Shown piece after piece: positions 18,198-28,286 of a stretch of DNA of 64,000 nucleotides. The stretch spans positions 4,167 through 68,166 of the forward strand of contig PKDD01000093.1 of assembly GCA_002862465.1 (NCBI GenBank), read 5' to 3'. This DNA comes from Haliea sp. Its GTDB lineage: Bacteria; Pseudomonadota; Gammaproteobacteria; Pseudomonadales; Halieaceae. How positions within the stretch are numbered: position 1 is the first letter of the stretch; every line of letters starts with the position of its first letter. The notes beneath the pieces were generated by a model. It worked only from the letters and a program-made list of their open reading frames with translations, made no database searches and was not told the origin of the DNA. A program made the translations under genes and the position numbers.

Positions 18198-18346
18198 CGG
18201 CAAAAATACAACATGGTCTTTCGCTCACCCGCTGTCCCATGTGACAATGCGCGGAACTTTATATATTCATGCACGCTAGGTTAGGTAGGATCCCACACAG
18301 CCCTAGCGGCTCCCTATTGCCTTTACACACGGAAGGAAAACATCGA

Positions 18347-19192
18347 ATGCCCGCACTTGTCCTCGACGGAAAATCTCTGGCAGCACAAACCGAGGCTGCC
18401 TTATTGGCGCGAGTAGAGCACCTCAAGATTAATTCTGGAGGAAAAACACCGATTCTTGCTACGATTCTGGTGGGTGATGACCCGGCCTCGGCAACCTATG
18501 TCAAAATGAAAGGCAGTGCCTGTCGACGAATAGGCATGGAGTCTGTGGCGGTAGAGATGCCAGCATCGACAACTACAGAGCAACTGCTGACCCGAATAGA
18601 GGAGCTTAACGCAGACCCAGACGTTCACGGTATCCTACTGCAGCATCCTGCGCCCGCACACATAGATGAAAGGATCTGCTTCGACGCCATAGCGCTGCAC
18701 AAGGATGTGGACGGCGTGACTTGTCTTGGTTTCGGCAGAATGGCGATGGGAGAAAATGCCTACGGCTGTGCGACGCCACAGGGCATCATGCGCATATTGG
18801 AACATTACGGTATTGAAATCGAAGGTCAGCATGCTGTTGTCGTTGGGCGCAGCGCTATTCTTGGCAAGCCGATGGCAATGATGATGCTACAGCAGAATGC
18901 GACTGTCACCATCTGTCATTCTCGCACACGAAATCTACCCGAGATTGTCGCTCAGGCGGATATTTTGGTGGGAGCTGTAGGCAAGCCAGAATTCATCAAA
19001 GCTAGCTGGGTAAAAGAAGGAGCCGTAGTCGTCGATGCTGGCTATCACCCGGGGGGCATTGGTGATATCGAACTCTCGGCATTAGCGGATAAAGCGTCGG
19101 CATTTACCCCTGTTCCCGGCGGCGTGGGGCCAATGACTATTAATACTTTAATTATGCAAAGCGTTATGTCTGCGGAGAAAAGCCTAAGCTAA
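18347..19192 (+). CDS. folD: Methylenetetrahydrofolate dehydrogenase/cyclohydrolase
   Basis: [49 protein letters not shown]. Confidence 0.96.
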   Translation: MPALVLDGKSLAAQTEAALLARVEHLKINSGGKTPILATILVGDDPASATYVKMKGSACRRIGMESVAVEMPASTTTEQLLTRIEELNADPDVHGILLQHPAPAHIDERICFDAIALHKDVDGVTCLGFGRMAMGENAYGCATPQGIMRILEHYGIEIEGQHAVVVGRSAILGKPMAMMMLQQNATVTICHSRTRNLPEIVAQADILVGAVGKPEFIKASWVKEGAVVVDAGYHPGGIGDIELSALADKASAFTPVPGGVGPMTINTLIMQSVMSAEKSLS

Positions 19193-19265
19193 ACATCGCA
19201 TGATTGACGAATTGCGTGGCTATGCAGTCTATTTCCAGTCCATCAGCATAAACCTTGAACAAGGC

Positions 19266-20648
19266 TTAATCAGACTTGCGCTTCCACTGCGTCCCTTCGC
19301 GAGAATCCTCTAGCACTACGCCCCGAGTGAGCAACGCCTGACGAACCTCATCCGCACGGCTATAATCTTTCGCGAGTTTGGCTTGTCGCCTCTCAATGAT
19401 TAACGCTTCAATCTCCTGGGCGGAAATCGCATCATCAGACTCGGCCCCCTGCAACCACTGCGACGCATCCTGCTGCAGAATGCCCAACAAATTTCCGGCC
19501 GCAAGGATACGTGCTTTTAATCTCCCTCTAGCGCCTGCTTCCGCCTTGTGCAATTGCTTGGCTAGAGCGTGAATCTCGGCAATGGCCACTGGCGTATTAA
19601 GGTCGTCGTTGAGTGCATCATAGAACGGCTCATCGGCAAGACAAATATCTATATCAAGCTCTACATCCTGCACTTCACGCAGAGTGCTATAAAGGCTGTC
19701 GAGCGTCGTTTGGGCCTGCTCCAAAAGCTCTGCAGAGAAGTTTAAAGAGGTGCGATAATGCGCTGACAATAACGCAAAGCGGAGCACTTCACCACGATAA
19801 CTTTTCAGCAAATCGCGCACGGTGCGAAAATTGCCCAGCGACTTCGACATTTTCTCACCATCGATATCGACATAGGCATTATGCATCCAGTAACGCACAT
19901 AATCGCCACCATGGGCGCAGCGACTCTGCGCAATTTCATTTTCATGATGTGGAAAAATCAGGTCGCGCCCGCCACCATGAATATCAATCGTCTCTCCCAA
20001 GTGCTCTCGAATCATCGCAGAACATTCGACATGCCAGCCAGGCCGCCCGCGGCCCCAAGGGCTGTCCCAGCCTGGGTCGTCGTCGGCAGCGGGCTTCCAG
20101 AGGACAAAATCTCCCGGGTGACGCTTATAATCGGCCACCTCAACCCTAGCGCCAGCCAACATATCATCCAGTCCACGGTTTGACAGCTTTCCATAATCCT
20201 CCATCGACTCAACCGCGAACAGCACGTGGGCCTGTGACTCGTAAGCATGACCTTTTTCTATTAAGGTCTTGATAAGCGCTATCATCGCATCGATGTTATG
20301 TGTGGCGCGCGGTTCGAGAGACGGCGTCAACGCATTAAGCGCTGCCATGTCCTCACGGTACTTATATGTAAACTCCTCTGTAACCGATTCGATGGAGCGA
20401 CTGGTTTCGCGAGCGGCAACAATAATCTTATCGTCCACATCAGTGATATTGCGGGCATAGGTCACGGTGCCGTAATGCGTCTGCAGGAGGCGAAATAGAG
20501 TGTCGAACACTACGACTGGTCGAGCATTGCCAATATGTACCAAGTTGTAAACTGTGGGGCCACAAACGTAGAGCGTAACGGTGTCTGGCACTAGGGGCTC
20601 AAATATCTCCTTCTTTGCTGACATGGTGTTATAAAGCGAGAATTTCAT
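19266..20648 (-). CDS. cysS: Cysteinyl-tRNA synthetase
   Basis: [32 protein letters not shown]. Confidence 0.97.
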   Translation of the reverse strand: MKFSLYNTMSAKKEIFEPLVPDTVTLYVCGPTVYNLVHIGNARPVVVFDTLFRLLQTHYGTVTYARNITDVDDKIIVAARETSRSIESVTEEFTYKYREDMAALNALTPSLEPRATHNIDAMIALIKTLIEKGHAYESQAHVLFAVESMEDYGKLSNRGLDDMLAGARVEVADYKRHPGDFVLWKPAADDDPGWDSPWGRGRPGWHVECSAMIREHLGETIDIHGGGRDLIFPHHENEIAQSRCAHGGDYVRYWMHNAYVDIDGEKMSKSLGNFRTVRDLLKSYRGEVLRFALLSAHYRTSLNFSAELLEQAQTTLDSLYSTLREVQDVELDIDICLADEPFYDALNDDLNTPVAIAEIHALAKQLHKAEAGARGRLKARILAAGNLLGILQQDASQWLQGAESDDAISAQEIEALIIERRQAKLAKDYSRADEVRQALLTRGVVLEDSREGTQWKRKSD

Positions 20649-20658
20649 CTGCTAGCCC

Positions 20659-22320
20659 TCACCGATTGTTCCACGTATCGCGCAGACCTATGGTCCGGTT
20701 GAAGACTGGTTTGTCCGAACAGTGGTCATAACGATCTGCCACGAAATAACCCTCCCTCTCAAATTGATAGCGCTGTTCCGGCGAAGCCTCAGCCAATGAA
20801 GGCTCAATCCATGCTTCCATAACCACCTCCAACGACTCCGGATTGATATGATCCATAAACGCATTATCTCCTTTGTCAGGAGACTCATGGCTAAACAAGC
20901 GCTCATAGAGTCGCACTTGTGCATTTTTCCCGTGCGAGGCTGACACCCACTGAATGACACCCTTAGGCTTTATGCCATCTGCAGGATTTTCGCCAAGCGT
21001 ATCTGCAATGATGTGAGCATGAACTTCACACACATTACCCCGTGCATCTTTGAGCACTTCATCTGCCTCAATCACATAAGCATTGCGCAGTCGAACACGC
21101 TTTCCCAATACCAACCGCTTAAATTTCTTGTTGGCTTCTTCTCTAAAGTCGTCAGCATCAATGTATAACTCGCGCGTGAAAGGCAATAATCTCTCTCCGA
21201 GATCATCCCGGCTCGGGTGCGCAGGCGCATGCAAATTCTCAATATTGTCACTAGGATAATCAGTGAGCACCACTTTCAATGGCCTGAGCACACACATGCC
21301 ACGCATCGCGTTTTCATTGAGGTCTTCTCGAATGGCAAATTCTAGCATGGCTATATCCACCACGCCGTCACTGCGAGTGGTACCTATCATGTCACAAAAC
21401 TTCCGGATCGCGGCTGGCGTATAACCCCGCCGACGCATACCAGAAACCGTAGGCATGCGCGGGTCGTCCCATCCCATCACAACACCCTCATCGACCAGCT
21501 GTTTTAGTTTGCGCTTACTGGTCACGGTGAAACTGGGATTTAGCCTGCCGAATTCATACTGTTTGGGCTCGCTTGGAACAGGAAGATGCTCAATTAACCA
21601 ATTATAGAGTGGCCGATGATCTTCAAATTCAAGCGTGCAAATAGAGTGCGTGATGCCCTCAATAGCATCCTCTTGCCCGTGGGCGAAATCATATGTTGGA
21701 TAAATCACCCAATCTGTACCGGTCTGATGATGGGGGGTACTACGAATGCGATACAAAATTGGGTCACGCATATTTATATTGGGTGAACTCATGTCAATCT
21801 TCGCACGCAGCACCTTCGCGCCATCATCAAACTCGCCCGCTTTCATCCGCGCGAGAAGGTCAAGATTTTCCGATACACTCCGTTCCCGCGACGGACTATT
21901 ACGACCAGATTCGGTCAGTGTGCCCCGGTACTCCCTGGCCTCATCTGCTCCAAGGTCACAGACGTATGCGTTGCCCTGCGTCACCAAAACAATTGCCCAG
22001 TCATAGAATTGCTGGAAATAGGAGGACGCATACCGCACCTCTCCATTCCATGAATAGCCAAGCCACCGCACGTCCGCTTGAATGGCCTCGATGTACTCCT
22101 GACTTTCTTTCTCGGGATTAGTATCATCAAAGCGCAGATTGCAGCGCCCCTCATTCGCCTCAGCTAAGCCGAAGTTAACACTGATTGCTTTGGCGTGACC
22201 GATATGTAGGTGGCCATTAGGCTCCGGCGGAAAGCGCGTCACAACTTCTTTAATGCGGCCACTGCTGAGATCGTCACTGACAATAGATTGCAGAAAATTA
22301 CTACCTGGGATGTATTCCAT
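20659..22320 (-). CDS. glnS: Glutaminyl-tRNA synthetase
   Basis: TRFPPEPNGHLHIGH, RFDDTNP, HSICTLEF, TSKRK, QFEREGYF; ATG 22320. Confidence 0.96.
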   Translation of the reverse strand: MEYIPGSNFLQSIVSDDLSSGRIKEVVTRFPPEPNGHLHIGHAKAISVNFGLAEANEGRCNLRFDDTNPEKESQEYIEAIQADVRWLGYSWNGEVRYASSYFQQFYDWAIVLVTQGNAYVCDLGADEAREYRGTLTESGRNSPSRERSVSENLDLLARMKAGEFDDGAKVLRAKIDMSSPNINMRDPILYRIRSTPHHQTGTDWVIYPTYDFAHGQEDAIEGITHSICTLEFEDHRPLYNWLIEHLPVPSEPKQYEFGRLNPSFTVTSKRKLKQLVDEGVVMGWDDPRMPTVSGMRRRGYTPAAIRKFCDMIGTTRSDGVVDIAMLEFAIREDLNENAMRGMCVLRPLKVVLTDYPSDNIENLHAPAHPSRDDLGERLLPFTRELYIDADDFREEANKKFKRLVLGKRVRLRNAYVIEADEVLKDARGNVCEVHAHIIADTLGENPADGIKPKGVIQWVSASHGKNAQVRLYERLFSHESPDKGDNAFMDHINPESLEVVMEAWIEPSLAEASPEQRYQFEREGYFVADRYDHCSDKPVFNRTIGLRDTWNNR

Positions 22321-22507
22321 AATATTACGCACTGAGGTCTGAAAACGAGGCACAGTATAACCAGTCAGGCGCGGAGCTTATAGACAATTCAAAACTGTTT
22401 ATCGGGCATCAAGCTATTCTGGATATCTTTACCTTTCTAAATGTTTTCTTGCGAGTTAAAAGTCCGTACAATCACGCGTCATATGAAGTCACCCCAAGGA
22501 ATTAATT

Positions 22508-23005
22508 ATGGTAATCATTCGCACGACGTTCGGCGACATCAAACTAGAACTAAATGCCGAGAAGGCACCGAAAACCGTTGCCAACTTTCTCGGTTATGCG
22601 GGGGAAGGACACTATGACGGTACTATTTTTCATCGGGTAATTGATAATTTTATGATTCAGGGTGGGGGATTTGACGCGGACATGCAGCAACGCGCCTGTG
22701 GTGACCCCGTTGATAACGAAGCCGATAACGGTTTGAAAAACGACTTCGGCACAGTTGCCATGGCTAGGACAACAGATCCGCATTCAGCAACGGCCCAGTT
22801 CTTCATCAATGTTAAAGATAACGACTTCCTTAACCACAGTGGCAAAAGTATGCAGGGTTGGGGCTACACTGTCTTCGGCAAAGTCATCGAAGGATCTGAC
22901 GTGTTAGATAAGATCCGCGCCGTCGCCACCGGCAGTTGCAATGGCCATCAAGATGTTCCCGTTGATCCCATTATTATTGAGAAAGTGCAGGTCGTCGACG
23001 CATAA
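22508..23005 (+). CDS. ppiB: Cyclophilin-type peptidyl-prolyl isomerase
   Basis: FHRVIDNFMIQGGG, VAMART, SATAQFFIN, WGYTVFG; divergent from glnS. Confidence 0.93.
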   Translation: MVIIRTTFGDIKLELNAEKAPKTVANFLGYAGEGHYDGTIFHRVIDNFMIQGGGFDADMQQRACGDPVDNEADNGLKNDFGTVAMARTTDPHSATAQFFINVKDNDFLNHSGKSMQGWGYTVFGKVIEGSDVLDKIRAVATGSCNGHQDVPVDPIIIEKVQVVDA

Positions 23006-23039
23006 AAAACGGTTACGGTAGGATCCTAGATTCTCTTTA

Positions 23040-23072
23040 CCAGCGCATCACCTTCATGTGGGTATGCTCTGG
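23040..23072. terminator. Hairpin between convergent ppiB and miaE
   Basis: CCAG-c-GCAT-c-ACC / GGT-ATGC-t-CTGG stem; no clear U tract. Confidence 0.3.
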
Positions 23073-23182
23073 AATGCCTGATTTTGACCGCATTCAAGCA
23101 TGTTTTGTGATCTAGAAAATGCACTTAAAATAGAGTTAAAAACCATATAAATCAATAATTTATGGCTCAGACTTAATAGTAT

Positions 23183-23935
23183 TTAGGAATTACGTTTGCG
23201 CTTTGCGGATAGTTCCTTTAGCCCGCATCCCGGGACTCCGCTATGAAAGCGAAAATCGACATCAGGCTCTTCAATCAACCGCCTTTCACATGCCAGCAGA
23301 ATAGCTAGGCGCATGTCTATTTCGGCTTTTGACGCTACTCCCTGCGCCAGCCTGAGATAGTCAAGGAAATGTCGTGATTCAGACTTTAGCAAGGAGTGAT
23401 AAAAATCTCCAAGTTCCCCATCCAACTTTGGCGCTAGCACTGCAAAACGCTCACAGGAGCGCGCCTCAATAATTGCACCGATTAGTAAAGTGTCCACCAA
23501 GCGATCAGGCTCCTCAGCTCGCGCTTGGTTGCGTAGCGCTCCGGCATAGCGCGACGCTGGCAACGATGGATAACCTAACTCTCTCGCCTTCATAATTGCA
23601 ATTACCTGCTCGAAGTGGCGCAACTCCTCACGCGCTAGCCGCGACAGCTTATTCAAAAGTGCGTGATGCTCAATAGAGGGATGCACAAGCCTTAAGGCAC
23701 TGGCGGTTGACCTTTTGTCGTCGTTAAGCCCTCTGCCCCGTGGAATTGCTATGCCCGGGATGCCGTGCGCGTAACGTTTCATCGTCGCAAGGGCAGAATC
23801 CGCTGCCTTGCGCTCACAGTTGGCATGATCTGTTAGTAAGTCCTGTAGCCTTTCGGGTTTGATCGCTTCATCCACCCATGCCCTGGGGGTAGCGCAATGA
23901 AGGAAGTCAGGATAAATGTGCGTGATATTAGTCAT
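23183..23935 (-). CDS. miaE: tRNA-(ms2io6A)-hydroxylase
   Basis: DHANCERKAA, LAREELRHF, IIEARSCERF, SESRHF di-iron motifs, FRFHSG. Confidence 0.9.
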   Translation of the reverse strand: MTNITHIYPDFLHCATPRAWVDEAIKPERLQDLLTDHANCERKAADSALATMKRYAHGIPGIAIPRGRGLNDDKRSTASALRLVHPSIEHHALLNKLSRLAREELRHFEQVIAIMKARELGYPSLPASRYAGALRNQARAEEPDRLVDTLLIGAIIEARSCERFAVLAPKLDGELGDFYHSLLKSESRHFLDYLRLAQGVASKAEIDMRLAILLACERRLIEEPDVDFRFHSGVPGCGLKELSAKRKRNS

Positions 23936-24188
23936 GCGGCAATTGTATCACTGTCTTAGTCTATCTGCAGTCTCAGGCAACGATGACCTATCAACTCCGA
24001 AAAGCTTACTGCTGGCCATGAGTCCGCCTGTCGTTACAGTATCAACAGAGTTTGCCTGAGGTTCAATTTAAGCAAGCGCCAAGTGCGAAATTATATAGCG
24101 AAGTCGTAAATAATGCGGTCTTTCTGTCTTGCCACTAGAACGATTGGCTAAACCTGTTGTCATAGCAATCTCTCAAAGGGACTTAATT

Positions 24189-24836
24189 GTGTCGATTCGC
24201 TTCTCTAGCAGGCTCGTAATTGTACTTGGTTTACTGTTTCAGTCGCACTCTATTGGGGCCGCGTCCCAACAAGACGGCGCTGGCTCACAAGCCGCACATA
24301 CTTTCGATAGCACGAATAGTCTACTTGAGGCAGAGATTTCTTCCCCGGCGTTTTCTGACGACTCATCGCTGCCAGCAGTTGCCGTAACAACTAGTCAACC
24401 GAATGTAAGCACGCGGGCAGCAAAGGCTAGGGCTAACGTCTACTACGCACAGGGCAACAGCGATCGCGGTGAGACGGCAAAGCGCTCGACCAACGCTAAA
24501 TTGTGGAACCCCACTAGCGATATGAGTGCAGACAGCCCCAGTGTCAACCTTGCTGAGTATCAAGTTGACCGTATCTACAATATTTATCTGGCTGATGATA
24601 ACAGCTGGACCCCAGCAAAACCCATGAGTTTAACTGAACCGATAGCAACCTTATCGAACGGCGATCTAGCAAATGCCACCCTCGAGACAAATTCCGGTGG
24701 CAAGTCAGAGCAGACCAATTGGAGCATTGGAGGTATTGCAATAGACATGCAAGTTGTCCCGCTTACTGGCGCGGCTTGGCTATTCGGTTCAGCGATGCTG
24801 GGATTGTTTGGCGTCGCTAGGCGCAAGACAGCATAG
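24189..24836 (+). CDS. Exported protein with VPLPA-CTERM-type sorting tail
   Basis: Signal-peptide-like N-terminus (GTG 24189), Ser/Thr/Ala/Asn-rich body, C-terminus VPLTGAAWLFGSAMLGLFGVARRKTA. Confidence 0.8.
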   Translation: MSIRFSSRLVIVLGLLFQSHSIGAASQQDGAGSQAAHTFDSTNSLLEAEISSPAFSDDSSLPAVAVTTSQPNVSTRAAKARANVYYAQGNSDRGETAKRSTNAKLWNPTSDMSADSPSVNLAEYQVDRIYNIYLADDNSWTPAKPMSLTEPIATLSNGDLANATLETNSGGKSEQTNWSIGGIAIDMQVVPLTGAAWLFGSAMLGLFGVARRKTA

Positions 24837-24918
24837 CAAAATCTAACAGTGGTGATCGTCCACTAAGTAGAATTTGACAGGCCGAGGGCAGCCCTATTAA
24901 GTGCAATACTATTTGAGG

Positions 24919-25407
24919 TCAACCCATCCGCGAACCAGAATCGCCCGCGTCTCGGAATAAATCAGGACTGAGCATATACCGCTCATAGTGTGCCTCTGAG
25001 AGAATATAAAATTCGTCATCAATCTTGTCGCGCAATGCGCTGAGTGACATTTCGCGATAGCGCAGTGCCACTTCAAAACCGTAGTCGAGCGGGGCTTCAA
25101 TCTGCCCGGCCCCCGCCTTAAGCAAACTGAACACCCAACAATACTCATCATGATGGGCCACATAGCGTATCTGCTGAACCTCCATCTGCCACTCAAGTAG
25201 TGCTTTATCTGTGACCCTCAGCTTATTACTCACGCACTGGGACAGGAAACCCGACAATCGGCCATCGACTGCCTTCTTCTGCGCTGGCGAATAGCCATTC
25301 CAGTTAATCACCTCATGGCTAAAACGCTTGCAACCCCGACACACGCTGTCACCAATTCCAGTAGAACAGACGCCGATGCAGGGAGTTTTTACTGGGGGCA
25401 CAAGCAT
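24919..25407 (-). CDS. DUF1289-domain protein
   Basis: KTPCIGVCSTGIGDSVCRGCKRFSHEVINWN; next to acnB. Confidence 0.82.
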   Translation of the reverse strand: MLVPPVKTPCIGVCSTGIGDSVCRGCKRFSHEVINWNGYSPAQKKAVDGRLSGFLSQCVSNKLRVTDKALLEWQMEVQQIRYVAHHDEYCWVFSLLKAGAGQIEAPLDYGFEVALRYREMSLSALRDKIDDEFYILSEAHYERYMLSPDLFRDAGDSGSRMG

Positions 25408-25594
25408 TTTCGAAGAGCATTCCAATAGGGCTAAGCCACTGATTCTAAGATATCACTCCAGTGAATGCACGATATAACCGCTTGATTCGTTTATCTTATT
25501 TACGCTTTACGCTATAATTGATTAATGTCTTGTTTTTCCTCGTAAGCACCCAGTTTCTGCTCTGGGGACACCAGCTATTTAAAGGAGTTCCACT

Positions 25595-28210
25595 ATGCTA
25601 GACGCCTATCGCAGCCATGTGGCGGAACGTGCCGCCTTGAATATACCTCCAAAACCTTTGAATGCAGAGCAGGTAGCTGACTTAGTTGAGCTACTCAAAA
25701 ACCCACCCGCGGGAGAAGAAGAGTATCTGCTAGCCCTAATCAGCAACCGTGTTCCTCCCGGTGTCGATGAAGCCGCCTACGTCAAGGCTGGTTTTTTAGC
25801 CGCCCTCATAAACGACGAGACGAGCAGCCCGATAGTTGATAAAAGGGCTGCCATCGAACTGCTGGGAAATATGCATGGCGGCTACAACATTGCAACGCTA
25901 GTGAGCCTACTGAATCATCCGGACTTTGGCGCAGCAGCGGCCACTGAGCTCAAGCATACTCTATTGGCATTTGAAGCCTTCCATGACGTCGCTGATTTAG
26001 CAACGTCAGGTAACACTAATGCGCAAGCCGTCATGCAGTCATGGGCAAATGCAGAATGGTTTACCAACAGAGCAGAAGTACCGGCCTCAATTAAGGTGTC
26101 TGTTTTTAAAGTCACAGGCGAAACCAATACCGATGATCTCTCGCCTGCTCCCGACGCATGGTCCCGTCCTGATATTCCCTTGCATGCACTCGCCATGTAT
26201 AAGATGACGCGGGAGGGGCTTCACCCGGAAGAGCACGGCGTGACAGGGCCAATGAAGCAAATTCAGGCTCTAAAAGCTAACGAGTTGCCCGTAGCGTTTG
26301 TCGGTGATGTTGTTGGCACAGGATCCTCCCGAAAATCAGCAACCAACTCTGTGCTGTGGTACTTTGGCGATGACATTCAGGGCGTGCCCAATAAGAAAGG
26401 TGGAGGCATTTGTATCGGCAACAATGTAGCACCTATTTTTTACAACACGATGGAGGATGCCGGAGCTCTAGTATTTGAAGCCCCCGTCCAAAAACTCAGC
26501 ATGGGTGATGTCATAGAAATTCTCCCCTATGATGGAAAAATACTAAGCGAATCTGGTGAGGTACTTAGCGAATTTAACCTAAAGTCAGACGTATTACTTG
26601 ATGAGGTGCGCGCCGGCGGACGCATAAATCTCATTATCGGTCGCGGCCTAACAGCGCGCGCGCGCGACGCATTAAACCTGCCCGAGTCGGAACAGTTTCG
26701 CAAGCCCAAGCAACCCGGGGATACGGGTAAGGGCTTCACTCTTGCACAAAAAATGGTCGGCAAAGCATGTGGCACTGAAGGTATACGCCCCGGTACCTAT
26801 TGTGAGCCACGCATGACGACTGTTGGTTCGCAAGACACTACCGGCCCCATGACCCGCGACGAGTTGAAAGATCTAGCATGTCTTGGTTTCTCAGCGGATC
26901 TAACCATGCAGTCTTTTTGTCACACAGCTGCCTACCCTAAGCCGGTCGACATCGAAACACAGCACTCCATGCCCGACTTCATTATGACGAGGGGGGGCGT
27001 TTCCTTGCGCCCGGGTGACGGCATCATTCATTCATGGCTCAACAGAATGCTACTGCCCGACACGGTAGGTACCGGGGGTGACTCACACACACGTTTCCCC
27101 ATGGGTATTTCATTTCCCGCTGGATCTGGTCTGGTTGCATTCGCCGCAGCCACTGGAGTGATGCCGCTGGACATGCCCGAATCGGTAATGGTCCGATTTA
27201 AAGGTAAAATGCAGCCCGGTATTACACTGCGCGACCTAGTACACGCTATTCCCTACTACGCGATTCAGGAGGGTTTATTAACGGTTGAGAAGGACGGCAA
27301 GAAAAATATCTTCTCCGGCCGTATTCTAGAAATTGAAGGGCTCAGCGATCTCACTGTGGAGCAAGCTTTTGAGCTATCGGATGCATCCGCAGAGCGCTCT
27401 GCAGCAGGTTGCACCATCGCACTAGACATAGACACTGTATCCCAATATCTAAAGTCCAATATCGCGCTGTTGCGCACCATGATTTCTGAAGGCTACGGCG
27501 ATAGTAGAACGCTGCAACGCAGAGCGTGCAAGATGGAAGAATGGCTGGAAAATCCAAATCTTATGGAAGCCGATACAGATGCTGCGTACGCAGCTGTTAT
27601 CAACATCGATCTTGCGGAGATTACCGAGCCTATCGTATGCGCCCCGAACGACCCTGACGATGCACGATTGTTATCTGAGGTTTCAGGTGATTCGGTAGAC
27701 GAAGTCTTTATCGGCAGTTGCATGACTAACATCGGACATTTTCGTGCTGCTGGTAAGCTACTGCAGCAACACAAGGGCGCAATATCGACGCGCATGTGGA
27801 TTGTGCCTCCAACGCGCATGGATGAACATCAGCTAATGGAAGAAGGCTATTATAATATTTTCGGCGCGGCCGGCGCGCGCACAGAGATGCCAGGTTGCTC
27901 CTTGTGCATGGGAAACCAGGCCCGGGTGGCAGCAAACTCTACTGTGCTGTCGACCTCCACACGCAACTTTCCCAACCGCTTAGGGGACGGCGCCAATGTT
28001 TATCTAACATCAGCAGAACTGGCATCAGTCGGGGCAATCCTCGGTAAACTGCCAACCCCCGAGGAATATATGGAATATGCAAGAAATCTCGATTCCATGG
28101 CCGATGACATCTATCGATATCTCAGCTTTGACCAGATTGCGAAATTTCAGAAAAGTGCTGAAGACGGCGCCCGCATCGCTGCAGTCGAGATTCAAGAGTT
28201 ACGTGCCTGA
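25595..28210 (+). CDS. acnB: Aconitate hydratase B
   Basis: HEAT N-terminus, DAWSRPDIPLHA, SQDTTGPMT, GDSHTRF, FIGSCMTN, PGCSLCMGNQAR, STRNFPNR. Confidence 0.97.
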   Translation: MLDAYRSHVAERAALNIPPKPLNAEQVADLVELLKNPPAGEEEYLLALISNRVPPGVDEAAYVKAGFLAALINDETSSPIVDKRAAIELLGNMHGGYNIATLVSLLNHPDFGAAAATELKHTLLAFEAFHDVADLATSGNTNAQAVMQSWANAEWFTNRAEVPASIKVSVFKVTGETNTDDLSPAPDAWSRPDIPLHALAMYKMTREGLHPEEHGVTGPMKQIQALKANELPVAFVGDVVGTGSSRKSATNSVLWYFGDDIQGVPNKKGGGICIGNNVAPIFYNTMEDAGALVFEAPVQKLSMGDVIEILPYDGKILSESGEVLSEFNLKSDVLLDEVRAGGRINLIIGRGLTARARDALNLPESEQFRKPKQPGDTGKGFTLAQKMVGKACGTEGIRPGTYCEPRMTTVGSQDTTGPMTRDELKDLACLGFSADLTMQSFCHTAAYPKPVDIETQHSMPDFIMTRGGVSLRPGDGIIHSWLNRMLLPDTVGTGGDSHTRFPMGISFPAGSGLVAFAAATGVMPLDMPESVMVRFKGKMQPGITLRDLVHAIPYYAIQEGLLTVEKDGKKNIFSGRILEIEGLSDLTVEQAFELSDASAERSAAGCTIALDIDTVSQYLKSNIALLRTMISEGYGDSRTLQRRACKMEEWLENPNLMEADTDAAYAAVINIDLAEITEPIVCAPNDPDDARLLSEVSGDSVDEVFIGSCMTNIGHFRAAGKLLQQHKGAISTRMWIVPPTRMDEHQLMEEGYYNIFGAAGARTEMPGCSLCMGNQARVAANSTVLSTSTRNFPNRLGDGANVYLTSAELASVGAILGKLPTPEEYMEYARNLDSMADDIYRYLSFDQIAKFQKSAEDGARIAAVEIQELRA

Positions 28211-28286
28211 CCCACACCGTCTAAGAACGGAGATAGGCAGCAGAAGCTGAAGTTTTGATCGTCTATGACCGCGTATATTTGGCGAA

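Noticed and set aside
18255-18346. Riboswitch (ZTP/THF) in the folD leader
   Set aside because: Only a GCTAGG/CCTAGC stem; consensus riboswitch motifs are absent. An Rfam scan would settle it.
19613-20183. Long antisense/alternate-frame ORFs over cysS, and similar ones over dnaX, leuC, folC, trpB and tamB
   Set aside because: Fully nested in well-supported genes, with no motifs or SD; typical shadow ORFs.
24010-24030. sigma54 promoter for the CTERM gene (TGGCCA-N5-CCGC)
   Set aside because: GG-N10-GC spacing fits, but both elements match poorly.
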